Positions 28,764-38,444 of a stretch of 64,000 nt of DNA are shown in pieces. The translations under genes and the position numbers were made by a program. The notes below the pieces were generated by a model. The model worked only from the letters and a program-made list of their open reading frames with translations. It was not told the DNA's origin and made no database searches. How positions within the stretch are numbered: the stretch's first letter is position 1; each line of letters begins with the position of its first letter. This stretch comes from Dehalococcoidia bacterium (GTDB taxonomy: Bacteria > Chloroflexota > Dehalococcoidia > Plut-88900): contig OZ240215.1 of NCBI GenBank assembly GCA_965197585.1, forward strand, positions 1,024,001 through 1,088,000. The letters are read 5' to 3'.

Positions 28764-29915
28764 CTAGGAAATGATCGCTAACTCCTCGCTGCCTGGTGTG
28801 AGTTGCTCCAGTCCCTCGTTGGTGAGCAGATAGCTGGCCCCGACCAACGCCCCGATGCCCTCGTCTGGAATCTGGATGGACGTGTGGAGATAGAAGGACA
28901 TCCCCGACCGGAATACCTCCTTTGACTCCTTTATGATGCTCATGGTGTCAACCCAGCTGGGCGGAAACGCTGCCGAGATTCCAATTCCGAAGCGCATGTT
29001 GGAGAACTGGGAGAACCCACTGCGTTCCATGGGCGCGATGGAAGCCTCTTCAGCGGCGGCTACCCTCTCGCCGACGGCTATGGCCTTAGCCCCGGTCAAC
29101 AGCGAGTCCCGACCCGCCTTGTGCATCGCCCGGACCCGCGTGCTCGGGCCTCCGAGGGAGAAGGTCTTCATGGTGACGCACTGGTAGCGCCGGGCGATAC
29201 CGGCAAACTCGATGCACACGACGTCGCCATTCTCCATAATGCGGCCCGTGGCCTGGCTGTGAGCGTTGGGGGACCGAGGCCCGCTTCTCACCCACGTGGG
29301 CATTGCGGCGTAGTCGCAGCCACGGGAGCGCATGGCGTACTCGATCTCGGCGGCCAATTGGATCTCGGAGATTCCGGGTCGGATCGCGGCCACGGCCGTG
29401 TCCATGCCGATATTGGCATATGATGCGGCCTCTCGAATATAGCCAATCTCATCGGTAGACTTGACGAGCCTCAGGCTGTTGATAAGCTCGGTGGCATCAA
29501 CTATCTGGGAGGGCGCAAGGGCGTCTCTGAGGCGCTGGACATAACCCGCGGATGCTGAAAAGGAGCCGAGGTCCACTCCAATTTTCTTGCCTACCAACCC
29601 CTTCTCCTTGACCGCCTCCCCGACCAGGTCCGCCGGGTCATCCTTGCCGTAGTGGAAGGTGCGGAAGTCGCTGATCCAGGCCGTCTCTCGAGACACGGGC
29701 TCGTCAACCTCACGGATGACGAGGCTGGGCTCGTCATCACCGGTAGTGAAGATCAAGGCTTGGTCGCTGAAGAAGGTGTAGGCCTCGTGGCCGGCGAAAT
29801 AGTAGAGGAGCTCAGGTGCGATGCAAATACATCCGTCCAGGCCCTGGTCTCGGAGAAAGTCTCGGGCGCGGGCGAGGCGGTCTCGGTACTCGGATTCAGG
29901 GAAGGCGGGTGGCAT
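28764..29915 (-). CDS. M24 creatinase/DoeA-like hydrolase (paralog of 240-1409)
   Basis: FPESEYRDRL, LVKSTDEI and RPGISE motifs; start reassigned to MPPAF. Confidence 0.8.
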   Translation of the reverse strand: MPPAFPESEYRDRLARARDFLRDQGLDGCICIAPELLYYFAGHEAYTFFSDQALIFTTGDDEPSLVIREVDEPVSRETAWISDFRTFHYGKDDPADLVGEAVKEKGLVGKKIGVDLGSFSASAGYVQRLRDALAPSQIVDATELINSLRLVKSTDEIGYIREAASYANIGMDTAVAAIRPGISEIQLAAEIEYAMRSRGCDYAAMPTWVRSGPRSPNAHSQATGRIMENGDVVCIEFAGIARRYQCVTMKTFSLGGPSTRVRAMHKAGRDSLLTGAKAIAVGERVAAAEEASIAPMERSGFSQFSNMRFGIGISAAFPPSWVDTMSIIKESKEVFRSGMSFYLHTSIQIPDEGIGALVGASYLLTNEGLEQLTPGSEELAIIS

Positions 29916-29985
29916 GGTTTGTCTCCGTGACAGGGAAAGTTTGGGTTGAGGCATGGTACTGAATCGGCAATGAAGATTCAATGAA

Positions 29986-30021
29986 GCATCTTGACATCAA
30001 CTTGTTGTGACACTAAGATGC
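29986..30021 (+). promoter_or_regulatory. sigma70 promoter with flanking inverted repeat (TA operator)
   Basis: TTGACA(29991)-17nt-TAAGAT(30014); gcatctt/aagatgc inverted repeat overlaps both boxes. Confidence 0.7.
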
Positions 30022-30025
30022 CTGC

Positions 30026-30286
30026 ATGAGAACTACCTTGACTTTGGACAATGATCTGGCCGAGGCGCTCAAAGAGCGATCCCGTCTCCTGGACGTGCCT
30101 TTCAAGCAAGTCGTGAACGACGTACTGCGTCGAGGGCTTTCGCTTGGCACAATTAAGGAAGCCCCGGCGAAATACAGGGTGAAGCCCAATCGGAGTGGCT
30201 TCCTTCCCGGTGTAGATCCATTGAAACTGAACCAACTCAACGACGAGCTTGAGGTCCAAGACTTCCTCGAATCGGAGCGCCGGTGA
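30026..30286 (+). CDS. vapB: VapB-like RHH antitoxin (DUF2191-like)
   Basis: MRTTLTLDND...FKQVVN..LRRGL; overlaps the PIN gene by 4 nt. Confidence 0.8.
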   Translation: MRTTLTLDNDLAEALKERSRLLDVPFKQVVNDVLRRGLSLGTIKEAPAKYRVKPNRSGFLPGVDPLKLNQLNDELEVQDFLESERR

Positions 30287-30708
30287 TTGTCCCCGACCTC
30301 AACCTGCTAGTCTACGCCCACAATGATTCCACTCCCTTCCATGACCCTGCGCTAGTATGGTGGGAAGGGCTGATTAACGGCTCTGAGAGGGTGGGGGTGC
30401 CGTGGATTGTTTTAGCAGGATTTGTGAGGTTGATGACGCATCGTCGGATGCTGGCGAATCCTGTTACGACCACCCAGGCAATAGACTACATTCGCGAGTG
30501 GTTCCGGTTTCCACACGTTATGCCGATCAATCCTGGAGTCGGTCACCTGGACCACTTTCAGAGGAACCTGAAGGCTGCCGGAGTGGGCGGAAACCTTGTT
30601 ACCGACGCCCATATCGCTGCCCTCGCCATGGAATACCAGGCTGAAGTACATTCCAACGACACTGATTTCAGCCGCTTCCCCGGCCTCCGTTGGCGTAATC
30701 CCCTTTAG
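30283..30708 (+). CDS. vapC: VapC PIN-domain toxin
   Basis: PDLNLLVYA, DAHIAALA and SNDTDF.RF motifs. Confidence 0.9.
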   Translation: MIVPDLNLLVYAHNDSTPFHDPALVWWEGLINGSERVGVPWIVLAGFVRLMTHRRMLANPVTTTQAIDYIREWFRFPHVMPINPGVGHLDHFQRNLKAAGVGGNLVTDAHIAALAMEYQAEVHSNDTDFSRFPGLRWRNPL

Positions 30709-30728
30709 TCCCAATAGGAGCAAAGGCA

Positions 30729-31946
30729 ATGTCTCAGGTGCTAAAAGGGATAAAAGTCCTGGAACTCGGCAGCTTCGTGGCTGTGCCGGCGGCAGGGACG
30801 ATTCTGTCCGACCTCGGGGCTGAGGTGGTGAAGGTCGAGCACCCCGTGACCGGAGACCCGGGCCGGGGGTTCGACGTGAACACGAAGGGTGTGATCACTC
30901 ATGAGGGGGGACTCAACGTCTCCTTCGAATTGTTGAACCGAGGCAAGAAGAGCATCGCCCTGGACCTGGCGAGTCCGGCAGGGCAGGAGGTCGTCCACCG
31001 GCTGACCGCGCATTTCGACGTGGTTGTCACCAATCTGACGCCTCACCGGCAGGAACGCTACCGCATGCGGTACGAAGACCTGGCGGCAGTTAACGAGAAG
31101 CTGATATACGTCGTGCTCACGGGTTACGGGATGGAGGGTCCGGAGCGAAATCGTTCGGGCTTCGACTATGCGGCTTTCTGGGCCCGGTCGGGGCTGATGG
31201 GTATGTTGGGACAGCGGGGCGGCCCCCCTGTGCAGGAACGCCCCGCTATGGGCGACCTGACGACTGCGCTGGGTTTGACGACCGCCGTCGGGATGGCCCT
31301 GTTTGAGCGTGAGAGGTCGGGCAAGGGGCAGCGGATCGACACCTCGCTTCTGCACACGGGGATGTGGGTCATGGGTACCGACCTGATAGTAGCCCTCAAA
31401 GACCGGGTCCCGGTGCAGCGTAACCTCCGAACCGACGTCATTAACCCGATCTTCAACTTCTATGAGGCCAAGGACGGGAAGTGGATGCAGTTGGTGATGG
31501 TGCACGGGTACAAGTATTGGCCCAACTTTTGCCGTGCCCTGGAGATCGAGGAGCTTATTGACGATCCGAGGTTCGATTCGCTGGACAAACGCTATGAGAA
31601 CAACAGCGAGCTGATCAATATTCTCGATGACAGGTTCGCCGAAAGGACTCGGGACGAGTGGGCCGAGCGGCTGGAGGCCGAGGGCTGCATGTGGGGCCCG
31701 GTGCAGAGCCTGGATGAGGTGATAGCCGACCCCCAGGCCGAGGCCAACGGCTACTTCCTGGACATGACCCATCCGTCAGAAGGCGATTTCACTCTGGTCT
31801 CGCCACCGCTGAAATTCACCCGTACTCCTGCCCGGACACCCGACGTGGCCCCCGAGTTCGGCCAGCACACGGAAGAGCAGCTCCTCTCCGTGGGCTACAC
31901 CTGGGACGAGATATCCCGGCTCAGGGACGAAGGGGCAATAGTCTAA
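30729..31946 (+). CDS. CaiB/BaiF family CoA-transferase
   Basis: LSDLGAEVVKVE, NRGKKSIALDL, catalytic GD and APEFGQHT motifs. Confidence 0.92.
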   Translation: MSQVLKGIKVLELGSFVAVPAAGTILSDLGAEVVKVEHPVTGDPGRGFDVNTKGVITHEGGLNVSFELLNRGKKSIALDLASPAGQEVVHRLTAHFDVVVTNLTPHRQERYRMRYEDLAAVNEKLIYVVLTGYGMEGPERNRSGFDYAAFWARSGLMGMLGQRGGPPVQERPAMGDLTTALGLTTAVGMALFERERSGKGQRIDTSLLHTGMWVMGTDLIVALKDRVPVQRNLRTDVINPIFNFYEAKDGKWMQLVMVHGYKYWPNFCRALEIEELIDDPRFDSLDKRYENNSELINILDDRFAERTRDEWAERLEAEGCMWGPVQSLDEVIADPQAEANGYFLDMTHPSEGDFTLVSPPLKFTRTPARTPDVAPEFGQHTEEQLLSVGYTWDEISRLRDEGAIV

Positions 31947-31950
31947 CCGC

Positions 31951-31990
31951 AAAAAGAAAGGGGAGGACGCCTGAGCGTCCTCCCCTTTTA
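31951..31990. terminator. Bidirectional intrinsic terminator
   Basis: aaaggggaggacgc-ctga-gcgtcctcccctttt between convergent genes. Confidence 0.85.
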
Positions 31991-32044
31991 CTTTCCTCAG
32001 AGGTGCTATAAAGCGGCTACTTGAGCCCCTTATAGTACGGTTTC

Positions 32045-34339
32045 TTAGGAACTGCCGTTCCCACCGTTCTTCTTCTGAAGGGCATCCGTGATCGCCCCCG
32101 GGTTCATGGGTGTCGAATTGAATCGTATCCCTGTGGCCTTGTGTATTGCGTTGGCAATTACCGCAATCGGAGGAACGATGCTTGCCTCGCCGACTCCCCT
32201 GACTCCGAAAGGATGCCCAGGGTTGGGGCACTCCACGATGACCGTGTCGATCATCGGGAGATCGAGGGAGGTGGGCATCCTGTAGTCCAGGAAGCTGCTG
32301 TTGGTGAAGTCTCCGCTGTCGTTGTAGTAGTACTCTTCGTTGAGTGTCCAGCCGATACCCTGGACTGCCCCACCCTGCATCTGTCCTTCGACATAGCTGG
32401 GGTGTACAGCCTTTCCGGCGTCCTGGAATGCGGTGTATCGGAGCAGTTCAACCTTGCCCGTCTCGGGGTCCACTTCCACGTCGGCAATGGCGCCGGCATA
32501 GGAGCCGCCGATACCGGAGGGATTAACCGTGGCGCTGCCCACTACGGCTCCACCCACTTCCCGGGCTCGACCGGCCAGCTCTTTGAAGGTCAGCTTCAGT
32601 TCGGAGTCAGACGTAGAGCTGATGACGCCATTTTCGTACTGTACGCTGCTCTCATCGGCTTCCCATATGCGGGCTGCCCGCGCGATCATCTGCTTTTTCA
32701 CGCTCTCGGCGGCCTCGCAGGCGGCCAGTCCGGTGGCGAAGGTGGTCCGACTGCCGTCCGATTGGGCGGTATAGCCTATGGAGTCTGTGTCCACTACGGC
32801 TGGGTTCACGTCTTCCGCCTGGATACCGAGGACCTCGGCGGCCTGCATGGCGATGGAAGCCCTGGTCCCACCGATGTCAGCGGAGCCTTCCAGGAGGTTT
32901 ACGGTACCGTCGTCGTTGACGCTGATCGTGCAGGCCGAGGGCTCACCAATGTTGAACCAGAAGCCAAGTCCCACCCCGCGGCCCCGGTTGGGTCCTTCCA
33001 GGGGAGCCGAGTAATGGGGGTGGCTCTTTATTGCCTCCATGATTTCCATAGAACCAATTTGCGGGTTGATGGGACCGTCTATCCGACGGGTACCCTCCTT
33101 GGCGGCGTTGGCCAGGCGCAACTCAATGGGCTCCATGCCGAGCTTTTCAGCCAGCTGGTCCACAAGTTGTTCACTGGCGAAGGTCGCGTTGGGCGCCCCC
33201 GGGGCCCGGTAGGCCGCCGACTTGGGCTTGTTGACCACAACGTCGTAACCTTCGGACATCTGGTTCGGGATGTCGTAGGCGGCGAAAATGCACATGGTGC
33301 CGCAGATAACCAGGGCGCCGGGGTAGGCGCCTGCATCGTAGGCCAAGTAGGACTCGCAGGCGACCATCTTTCCGTCTTTGGTTGCGCCGAGCCTCGCCTT
33401 TACATAAGAGGCGCAAGTCGGGCCCGTTGCCTCGAATACCTCTCGGCGAGACATCACTATCTTGACCGACTGACCAGACTTCTTCGACAACAGGGCGGCT
33501 ACCGGCTCAATGTAGATCTCGGTCTTTCCTCCGAAGCCGCCACCGATCTCCTGGGTCATTACTTTGACCTGGGATACGGGAATGCCAAGGATGTCTGCGG
33601 TGCGGTCTCTTACCAGGAATCCGCCCTGGGTGCTGCACCATACATGGACACGTCCGTCTTCGTTCCAGAGGGCAGTGCAGGGGTGAGGCTCAATGTAACC
33701 CTGGTGGACGGTCTGGCAGGAGTATTCGCCTTCGACAATGACGTCGGCTTCGGCGAAGCCCTTCTCTATGTCTCCCTGGTCCAGTTTGTAGTAGCTGGCG
33801 ATATTGCCCGGCTTTTCGGCCGGCGCACCACCGATGTCAGCGTACATGTCCTCGTGGAGAAGAGGCGCACCCTCTTTCATGGCCTCTCGGGCGCTGAACA
33901 CGCCCGGCAGGACTTCGTAGTCGACTTCTATGAGCTCAACCGCTTCCTCGGCGACGTGGGCGCTCGTGGCGGCCACGGCTGCTATAGCATGGCCCTGGTA
34001 GAGGGCCTTGTCTCCGGCGAGTATGTTGTTCCTTCGCCACCGCAGTCCCCGGTCGTCTCCCGGATCGGGAAAGTCTTTTCCGGTCACGACGGCCTGCACC
34101 CCTTCCAGGGCTTCGGCTTTACTGGTGTCAATAGACTTGATCCGGGCATGGGCGTGGGGGCTGCGCAGGATCTTCCCTTGCAACGGCGAGGTCTTCGGGA
34201 AGTCGGCGCCGTAATTGGCCCTTCCCGTCACCTTGTCGGCCCCGTCGTGTCGAATGGGCCTTGAGCCTATCACGTCGAATTGCGTGTTCGACAATACGAC
34301 GTTAGGCTCATAGTCCTGCTGCGGTTTCGTTGTGGTCAT
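32045..34339 (-). CDS. Xanthine dehydrogenase/aldehyde oxidase family molybdopterin-binding subunit
   Basis: RSPHAHARI, GGGFGGK, AYRAPG, EGQMQGG and GVRGVGE motifs. Confidence 0.92.
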   Translation of the reverse strand: MTTTKPQQDYEPNVVLSNTQFDVIGSRPIRHDGADKVTGRANYGADFPKTSPLQGKILRSPHAHARIKSIDTSKAEALEGVQAVVTGKDFPDPGDDRGLRWRRNNILAGDKALYQGHAIAAVAATSAHVAEEAVELIEVDYEVLPGVFSAREAMKEGAPLLHEDMYADIGGAPAEKPGNIASYYKLDQGDIEKGFAEADVIVEGEYSCQTVHQGYIEPHPCTALWNEDGRVHVWCSTQGGFLVRDRTADILGIPVSQVKVMTQEIGGGFGGKTEIYIEPVAALLSKKSGQSVKIVMSRREVFEATGPTCASYVKARLGATKDGKMVACESYLAYDAGAYPGALVICGTMCIFAAYDIPNQMSEGYDVVVNKPKSAAYRAPGAPNATFASEQLVDQLAEKLGMEPIELRLANAAKEGTRRIDGPINPQIGSMEIMEAIKSHPHYSAPLEGPNRGRGVGLGFWFNIGEPSACTISVNDDGTVNLLEGSADIGGTRASIAMQAAEVLGIQAEDVNPAVVDTDSIGYTAQSDGSRTTFATGLAACEAAESVKKQMIARAARIWEADESSVQYENGVISSTSDSELKLTFKELAGRAREVGGAVVGSATVNPSGIGGSYAGAIADVEVDPETGKVELLRYTAFQDAGKAVHPSYVEGQMQGGAVQGIGWTLNEEYYYNDSGDFTNSSFLDYRMPTSLDLPMIDTVIVECPNPGHPFGVRGVGEASIVPPIAVIANAIHKATGIRFNSTPMNPGAITDALQKKNGGNGSS

Positions 34340-34365
34340 AGGTCCAACTCCTTATCAGTGTGGGA

Positions 34366-36054
34366 TCAGGATACCATGTCACAACTGCGGAGGAGCTTAC
34401 CCGGAAGGGCGCCCGTGCAGTCGTTTCCTTCGAATGTAACTGCGCCGTTCACTAGTGTGTAGCGCAGACCCGTTGGTTTCTGGATGATGCGGCGTTCGCC
34501 GCCGGGGAAGTCGTGGGCGTAGATCATTTTGTCGTGCTGGAACCCGAGTTCGTCCAGATTATAGACCATCACGTCAGCCCAGTCTCCGACCCTGAGGGTG
34601 CCCCGGTCCTTAAAGTCGGCAAACCAGCCGGGAAGAGCGCTCATCTTGTAGTGGCCCTGTTCCAGGCTCATGATCTGTCTGTCCCTGATCCAGTAGGTCA
34701 GGAACTCTACGGGCCAGGTGCTCGTGGTGAGGTATCGGGTGTGGGCGCCGCCGTCGGACACGGAGACGTGACCGTAGGGGCTCAGGATGTTCTCGTCGAG
34801 AGGCCGGGGGTCGACGGGGTGGGCGAAGACGGTTTCAAGACCTTCGTCCAGGGCGAGGTCCAGGAAGGCGTCGACCGGGTGCTTGCCCTGGGCGGCGGCA
34901 ATCTCGGCTATGGTGCTGCCGTCGTACTTGTAGTTGCGCTCGTGCATGGTCTCCAGGACGGTGACCCGGGACCAGTCTGTGCGAAGGAGCTGCCGGGCGT
35001 CGGCGTCCCTCTTCATTTCGTCACGAATGTCGGGGTCCTTCAGCTTTAGGGTGCGCTCCTCTATGGAGCCAACAAGCGGGTTGACCCAGCCGGGCAGCGA
35101 GTCGAAGAGGTTGTACTCGGAGAGCTGGAACTCGGCGTTGACTTCCATCACCAGTTCCTGGGTGAAGAGGGGAAGGCCCTCAGCCCGCATCTGGGCGACC
35201 CACTCGTCCCGAGCAGACTCCTGCTCCAGGAGGACGTGAAGGGGCCGGCCACTGGTCCGCATCATCTGACTCAGGAGTTCACGCTGTTTGGCCGGGCTCT
35301 TTTCGGGGGGAAGGCCGCCGGACTGGGCTATGGTCCAGCCGATGTGGCCCACGCCGAACTCGCTGAGAACCTCGGACAGGCCGAGGTATTCCTCGTTGGA
35401 GGCTACGTGGCTGGGGAGCCAGGATCCGTCCTCGGGGCGGTCGCCGGTGTTCATGTCGGCGGAAAAGCCGAAGGCGCCGGCCTGCATGGCTTCGTAGAAG
35501 ATACGCTTCATCTCGTTCAGTTCGACGTCGGTGACGGAGGTGCGCTCCCTGGAGGCCATCATACCGATGACGTAGGCCCTCAGCGGCGAGAAGGGAAATA
35601 CGGAGCCGACGTTAACGCCGAGCCCCTGGTTGTCCAGGCTGTCCAGGTACTCGGGAAAAGTCTCCCAGTCCCAGCGCATCCCGAGCCGCATAGATTCCAG
35701 CGGAATCGCCTCGATGCGATTCATCATGCGCATGTTGAGTTCCCGGTCCTCGGGACGGGTGGGTGCGAAGCCGAAGCCGCACTGCCCGATGGTCAGGGAA
35801 GTGACCCCGAACCAGCCGGAAAGAGTGGCGTAGGGGTCCCAGTTAAGCTGGGCGTCGTAGTGGGTGTGGAGGTCGATGGCCCCTGGAGCGACGATACACC
35901 CCGAGGCGTCGATCTCCTTGGCGGCGCCTACAGGGATACGCCCGCTTATGCGGGCCACGCGCCCGTCCTTAATGGCAAGGTCTCCCCGGTACCGAGGGAT
36001 GCCGGTCCCGTCCACGATGGTCCCGCCTCTAATGACAACGTCGAACTCATTCAT
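34366..36054 (-). CDS. N-acyl-D-amino-acid deacylase family amidohydrolase
   Basis: GTIVDGTG, PGAIDLHTHYD, GQCG and SDGGAH motifs; ATG at 36054 with GGAGGA RBS. Confidence 0.88.
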   Translation of the reverse strand: MNEFDVVIRGGTIVDGTGIPRYRGDLAIKDGRVARISGRIPVGAAKEIDASGCIVAPGAIDLHTHYDAQLNWDPYATLSGWFGVTSLTIGQCGFGFAPTRPEDRELNMRMMNRIEAIPLESMRLGMRWDWETFPEYLDSLDNQGLGVNVGSVFPFSPLRAYVIGMMASRERTSVTDVELNEMKRIFYEAMQAGAFGFSADMNTGDRPEDGSWLPSHVASNEEYLGLSEVLSEFGVGHIGWTIAQSGGLPPEKSPAKQRELLSQMMRTSGRPLHVLLEQESARDEWVAQMRAEGLPLFTQELVMEVNAEFQLSEYNLFDSLPGWVNPLVGSIEERTLKLKDPDIRDEMKRDADARQLLRTDWSRVTVLETMHERNYKYDGSTIAEIAAAQGKHPVDAFLDLALDEGLETVFAHPVDPRPLDENILSPYGHVSVSDGGAHTRYLTTSTWPVEFLTYWIRDRQIMSLEQGHYKMSALPGWFADFKDRGTLRVGDWADVMVYNLDELGFQHDKMIYAHDFPGGERRIIQKPTGLRYTLVNGAVTFEGNDCTGALPGKLLRSCDMVS

Positions 36055-36143
36055 CTCTAATCCTCCACTACATGCACTTCGGCTAGGCTGGGGACTCCTC
36101 GGCATTATACAGAGGTTTGCGCTTCTCTGCCTTTATTTTCTGC

Positions 36144-38165
36144 TCAACCCCAGACCTTCCACCAGGGACGTTCGGGGCTGAGGCGCGTGCCTAAGAATTC
36201 CTCCAAGCTTTTGCGGTTCAGTACCGTGCGTCCTCCGCTGCTGGCATCTTCGTCTATAAGAGTCGAGGGGACGTCATCCCAGTCAAAGCCTCGCCTGCCA
36301 AACGCATCCCGAGGCTCCCAAACGATAATTCTGTCGCCATCCGCGGTCCAACCGTTAGGCGCCTCTCCCTCACCTTTAGCGTAGGCTGATTTTCTTAGTA
36401 GGTTTTTTAGGCGTGCCTTGACCCGGTCGTACCGTTTTTCCGCATAGGAGAGCCAAGTTACTGAGTTAAGCCATTTGGGAGGGGTACCGGTGATGGATTC
36501 TGCGAGGATGGCGCTTATAACGCCCGAAGATAGGGCGAGCCAGTCCGGCGGGAGTCGGTCTTTCTCCAACAGGTCCATAACCTCCGCCAGGTAACGGCGG
36601 TACAAATGGCCCGTGAGTGCTCTGCGCATCTCTTGTATCCGACCCTGCAGCTTTTGGCGTAACTCCTCGTTGTGGGCAGGCAAAGCCGTTGTTGTGTATA
36701 TCATCAAACTGCGCTTGACGACTTCATCGGGAAAGGACTGCGGCTCTGCGTTCATGGAGAGAATGAAACCCGGATGCTCCTCGGTGTCGGGATGGAGCTC
36801 ATTCTTGATCATGTCTCGGCCGTGACGGTTGAAGGCGTTTCGTCCGATATCGTCGAATACGACGGGAAATCGCTTGTATCCGTATTGGAGCCCGCGTAGC
36901 TGTGAAGTGGTAAAGCTCCGCTTGTCCAGCGTATGAGCTATGCCGAACATGGACGTCATAAGGGTATCCACCAAGGTAGTCTTTCCGCAGTTGGATTTAC
37001 CAAAAACGATGGCAAACGATGGATAGCGGATTACGTCACTGTCCTGTAGCAGCGCAAGAGAGCGCATGTCGCAAATGAACGGCGAGAAGTAGAGCCACGA
37101 GGCCAGTATGAAGTAGTCTCGTTGCAGGCGTGACACGTCGCCTTCAAATGCTCCTTCATAATTCTGGAAGTACTCCAATATCAACTTTGCGTCGCGTTCA
37201 ACTAGTCGAGTGTCCCATTCCAGGGGGAAGAGTTCGCCTGACAGCGAGGCGGTGCGGTTGGCCCTGTCGATGGAGAAGTAGCGGTTGTCGGCCTCCTCCG
37301 CGGACTTGACCAGCTTGATGCGGCTTATCTCCCGCTTCACCTCGGGGGTGATTCTTTGGATGCCGTTGCTGATGGCGGGAGCCGCCGCGGACAAGCGCGG
37401 GGCCAGGACGGCTGCTACTTTTTCTACCCGTTGAATCTGCACCGGCATCGTTGTATGAGACTCGGCGGGCTTGGGCGCTTCTATTATGAGGGTTCCTGAT
37501 ATATCGGACAGTACGGGAGTGTCCGGCACCTCGATTTCTGCCTTGGTTATGTGATCCTCGGGCAGCTTGATTTCGTCGGACGCCGAGTCCCTGATTGCCT
37601 CGTACATTCGGTTGTAATGAGCCCACGCGGCTTCGTCATCATCGAAGATGACCAAGGTCTCGGGCTGCCTGCCTGAGAAGGCTTGCTCGGAGAGGTTGGC
37701 AGACCCGACGATTACGCGGTTGTGGCCTTCAGCGTTGGAAAGCAGGTAAATCTTGGCGTGAGCGATGGCCTTTCGAAGGACCCGGAATCGGGCCTGTCCA
37801 GCGTGCACCTTTTCGAGAATGTGAACGTGCCTGTCATCCTTCAGGCCCATGATGGCGGCACGCGTATCACCTACCACCACCTTCTGAAAAGCGAGGATAT
37901 TCTTGATGTCCCTCAGCGTCCCTTCATAGCCAAATACGCACTCGAAAGAGTTGAAGGAATAGTTATCCAGCATCCGCACGATTGCATTGACGCTTGCGGA
38001 GTAGGTGAGGACCCGCAGCTGGTCATAACTTTCAAAGAGGGACCAATCGAACTGCCGCTCGCTCAGGAATCGGGCGTTGACGACACGCAAACCGGAACCG
38101 TCGTCCAACTTAAGTATGGACTGGCTCGCGTTATCGCCGTTGGGTTCAGGCGTGAACATGTCCAT
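36144..38165 (-). CDS. PLD (HKD-type) nuclease domain fused to a P-loop ATPase
   Basis: HAKIY...VGSANLS..A...E (PLD); GKSNCGKT Walker A, VVFDD Walker B, ILSMN sensor-like, VVKR. Confidence 0.8.
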   Translation of the reverse strand: MDMFTPEPNGDNASQSILKLDDGSGLRVVNARFLSERQFDWSLFESYDQLRVLTYSASVNAIVRMLDNYSFNSFECVFGYEGTLRDIKNILAFQKVVVGDTRAAIMGLKDDRHVHILEKVHAGQARFRVLRKAIAHAKIYLLSNAEGHNRVIVGSANLSEQAFSGRQPETLVIFDDDEAAWAHYNRMYEAIRDSASDEIKLPEDHITKAEIEVPDTPVLSDISGTLIIEAPKPAESHTTMPVQIQRVEKVAAVLAPRLSAAAPAISNGIQRITPEVKREISRIKLVKSAEEADNRYFSIDRANRTASLSGELFPLEWDTRLVERDAKLILEYFQNYEGAFEGDVSRLQRDYFILASWLYFSPFICDMRSLALLQDSDVIRYPSFAIVFGKSNCGKTTLVDTLMTSMFGIAHTLDKRSFTTSQLRGLQYGYKRFPVVFDDIGRNAFNRHGRDMIKNELHPDTEEHPGFILSMNAEPQSFPDEVVKRSLMIYTTTALPAHNEELRQKLQGRIQEMRRALTGHLYRRYLAEVMDLLEKDRLPPDWLALSSGVISAILAESITGTPPKWLNSVTWLSYAEKRYDRVKARLKNLLRKSAYAKGEGEAPNGWTADGDRIIVWEPRDAFGRRGFDWDDVPSTLIDEDASSGGRTVLNRKSLEEFLGTRLSPERPWWKVWG

Positions 38166-38444
38166 GAGGCAACTTTACGGATCGCTCGCAGACATGTCCA
38201 CCCTGAATGTGGTCGATCAGTTGTAGGCGAGTCGACTCAATGGCTGATGTCTCGTGAGCATGGAACTACGCCCCCTTGTACAGCAAGTGCAGGTCGAAGG
38301 GCGGAATCCCAATCTCCAAGTAGTGGAGGGGCATCAGGCGCTGTCTCGACATTCTGTCCACCAGGGCTCGGCTAGCCTGACACCTCATGCACTCAACTTA
38401 ATGTAGATAAGTTCCAGGGCAGGCGGCTCCTGGACACTCCGAGG

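Noticed and set aside
32141-34264. 707-aa ORF on the + strand
   Set aside because: Antisense shadow of the Mo-hydroxylase gene; no motifs, typical of high-GC codon bias
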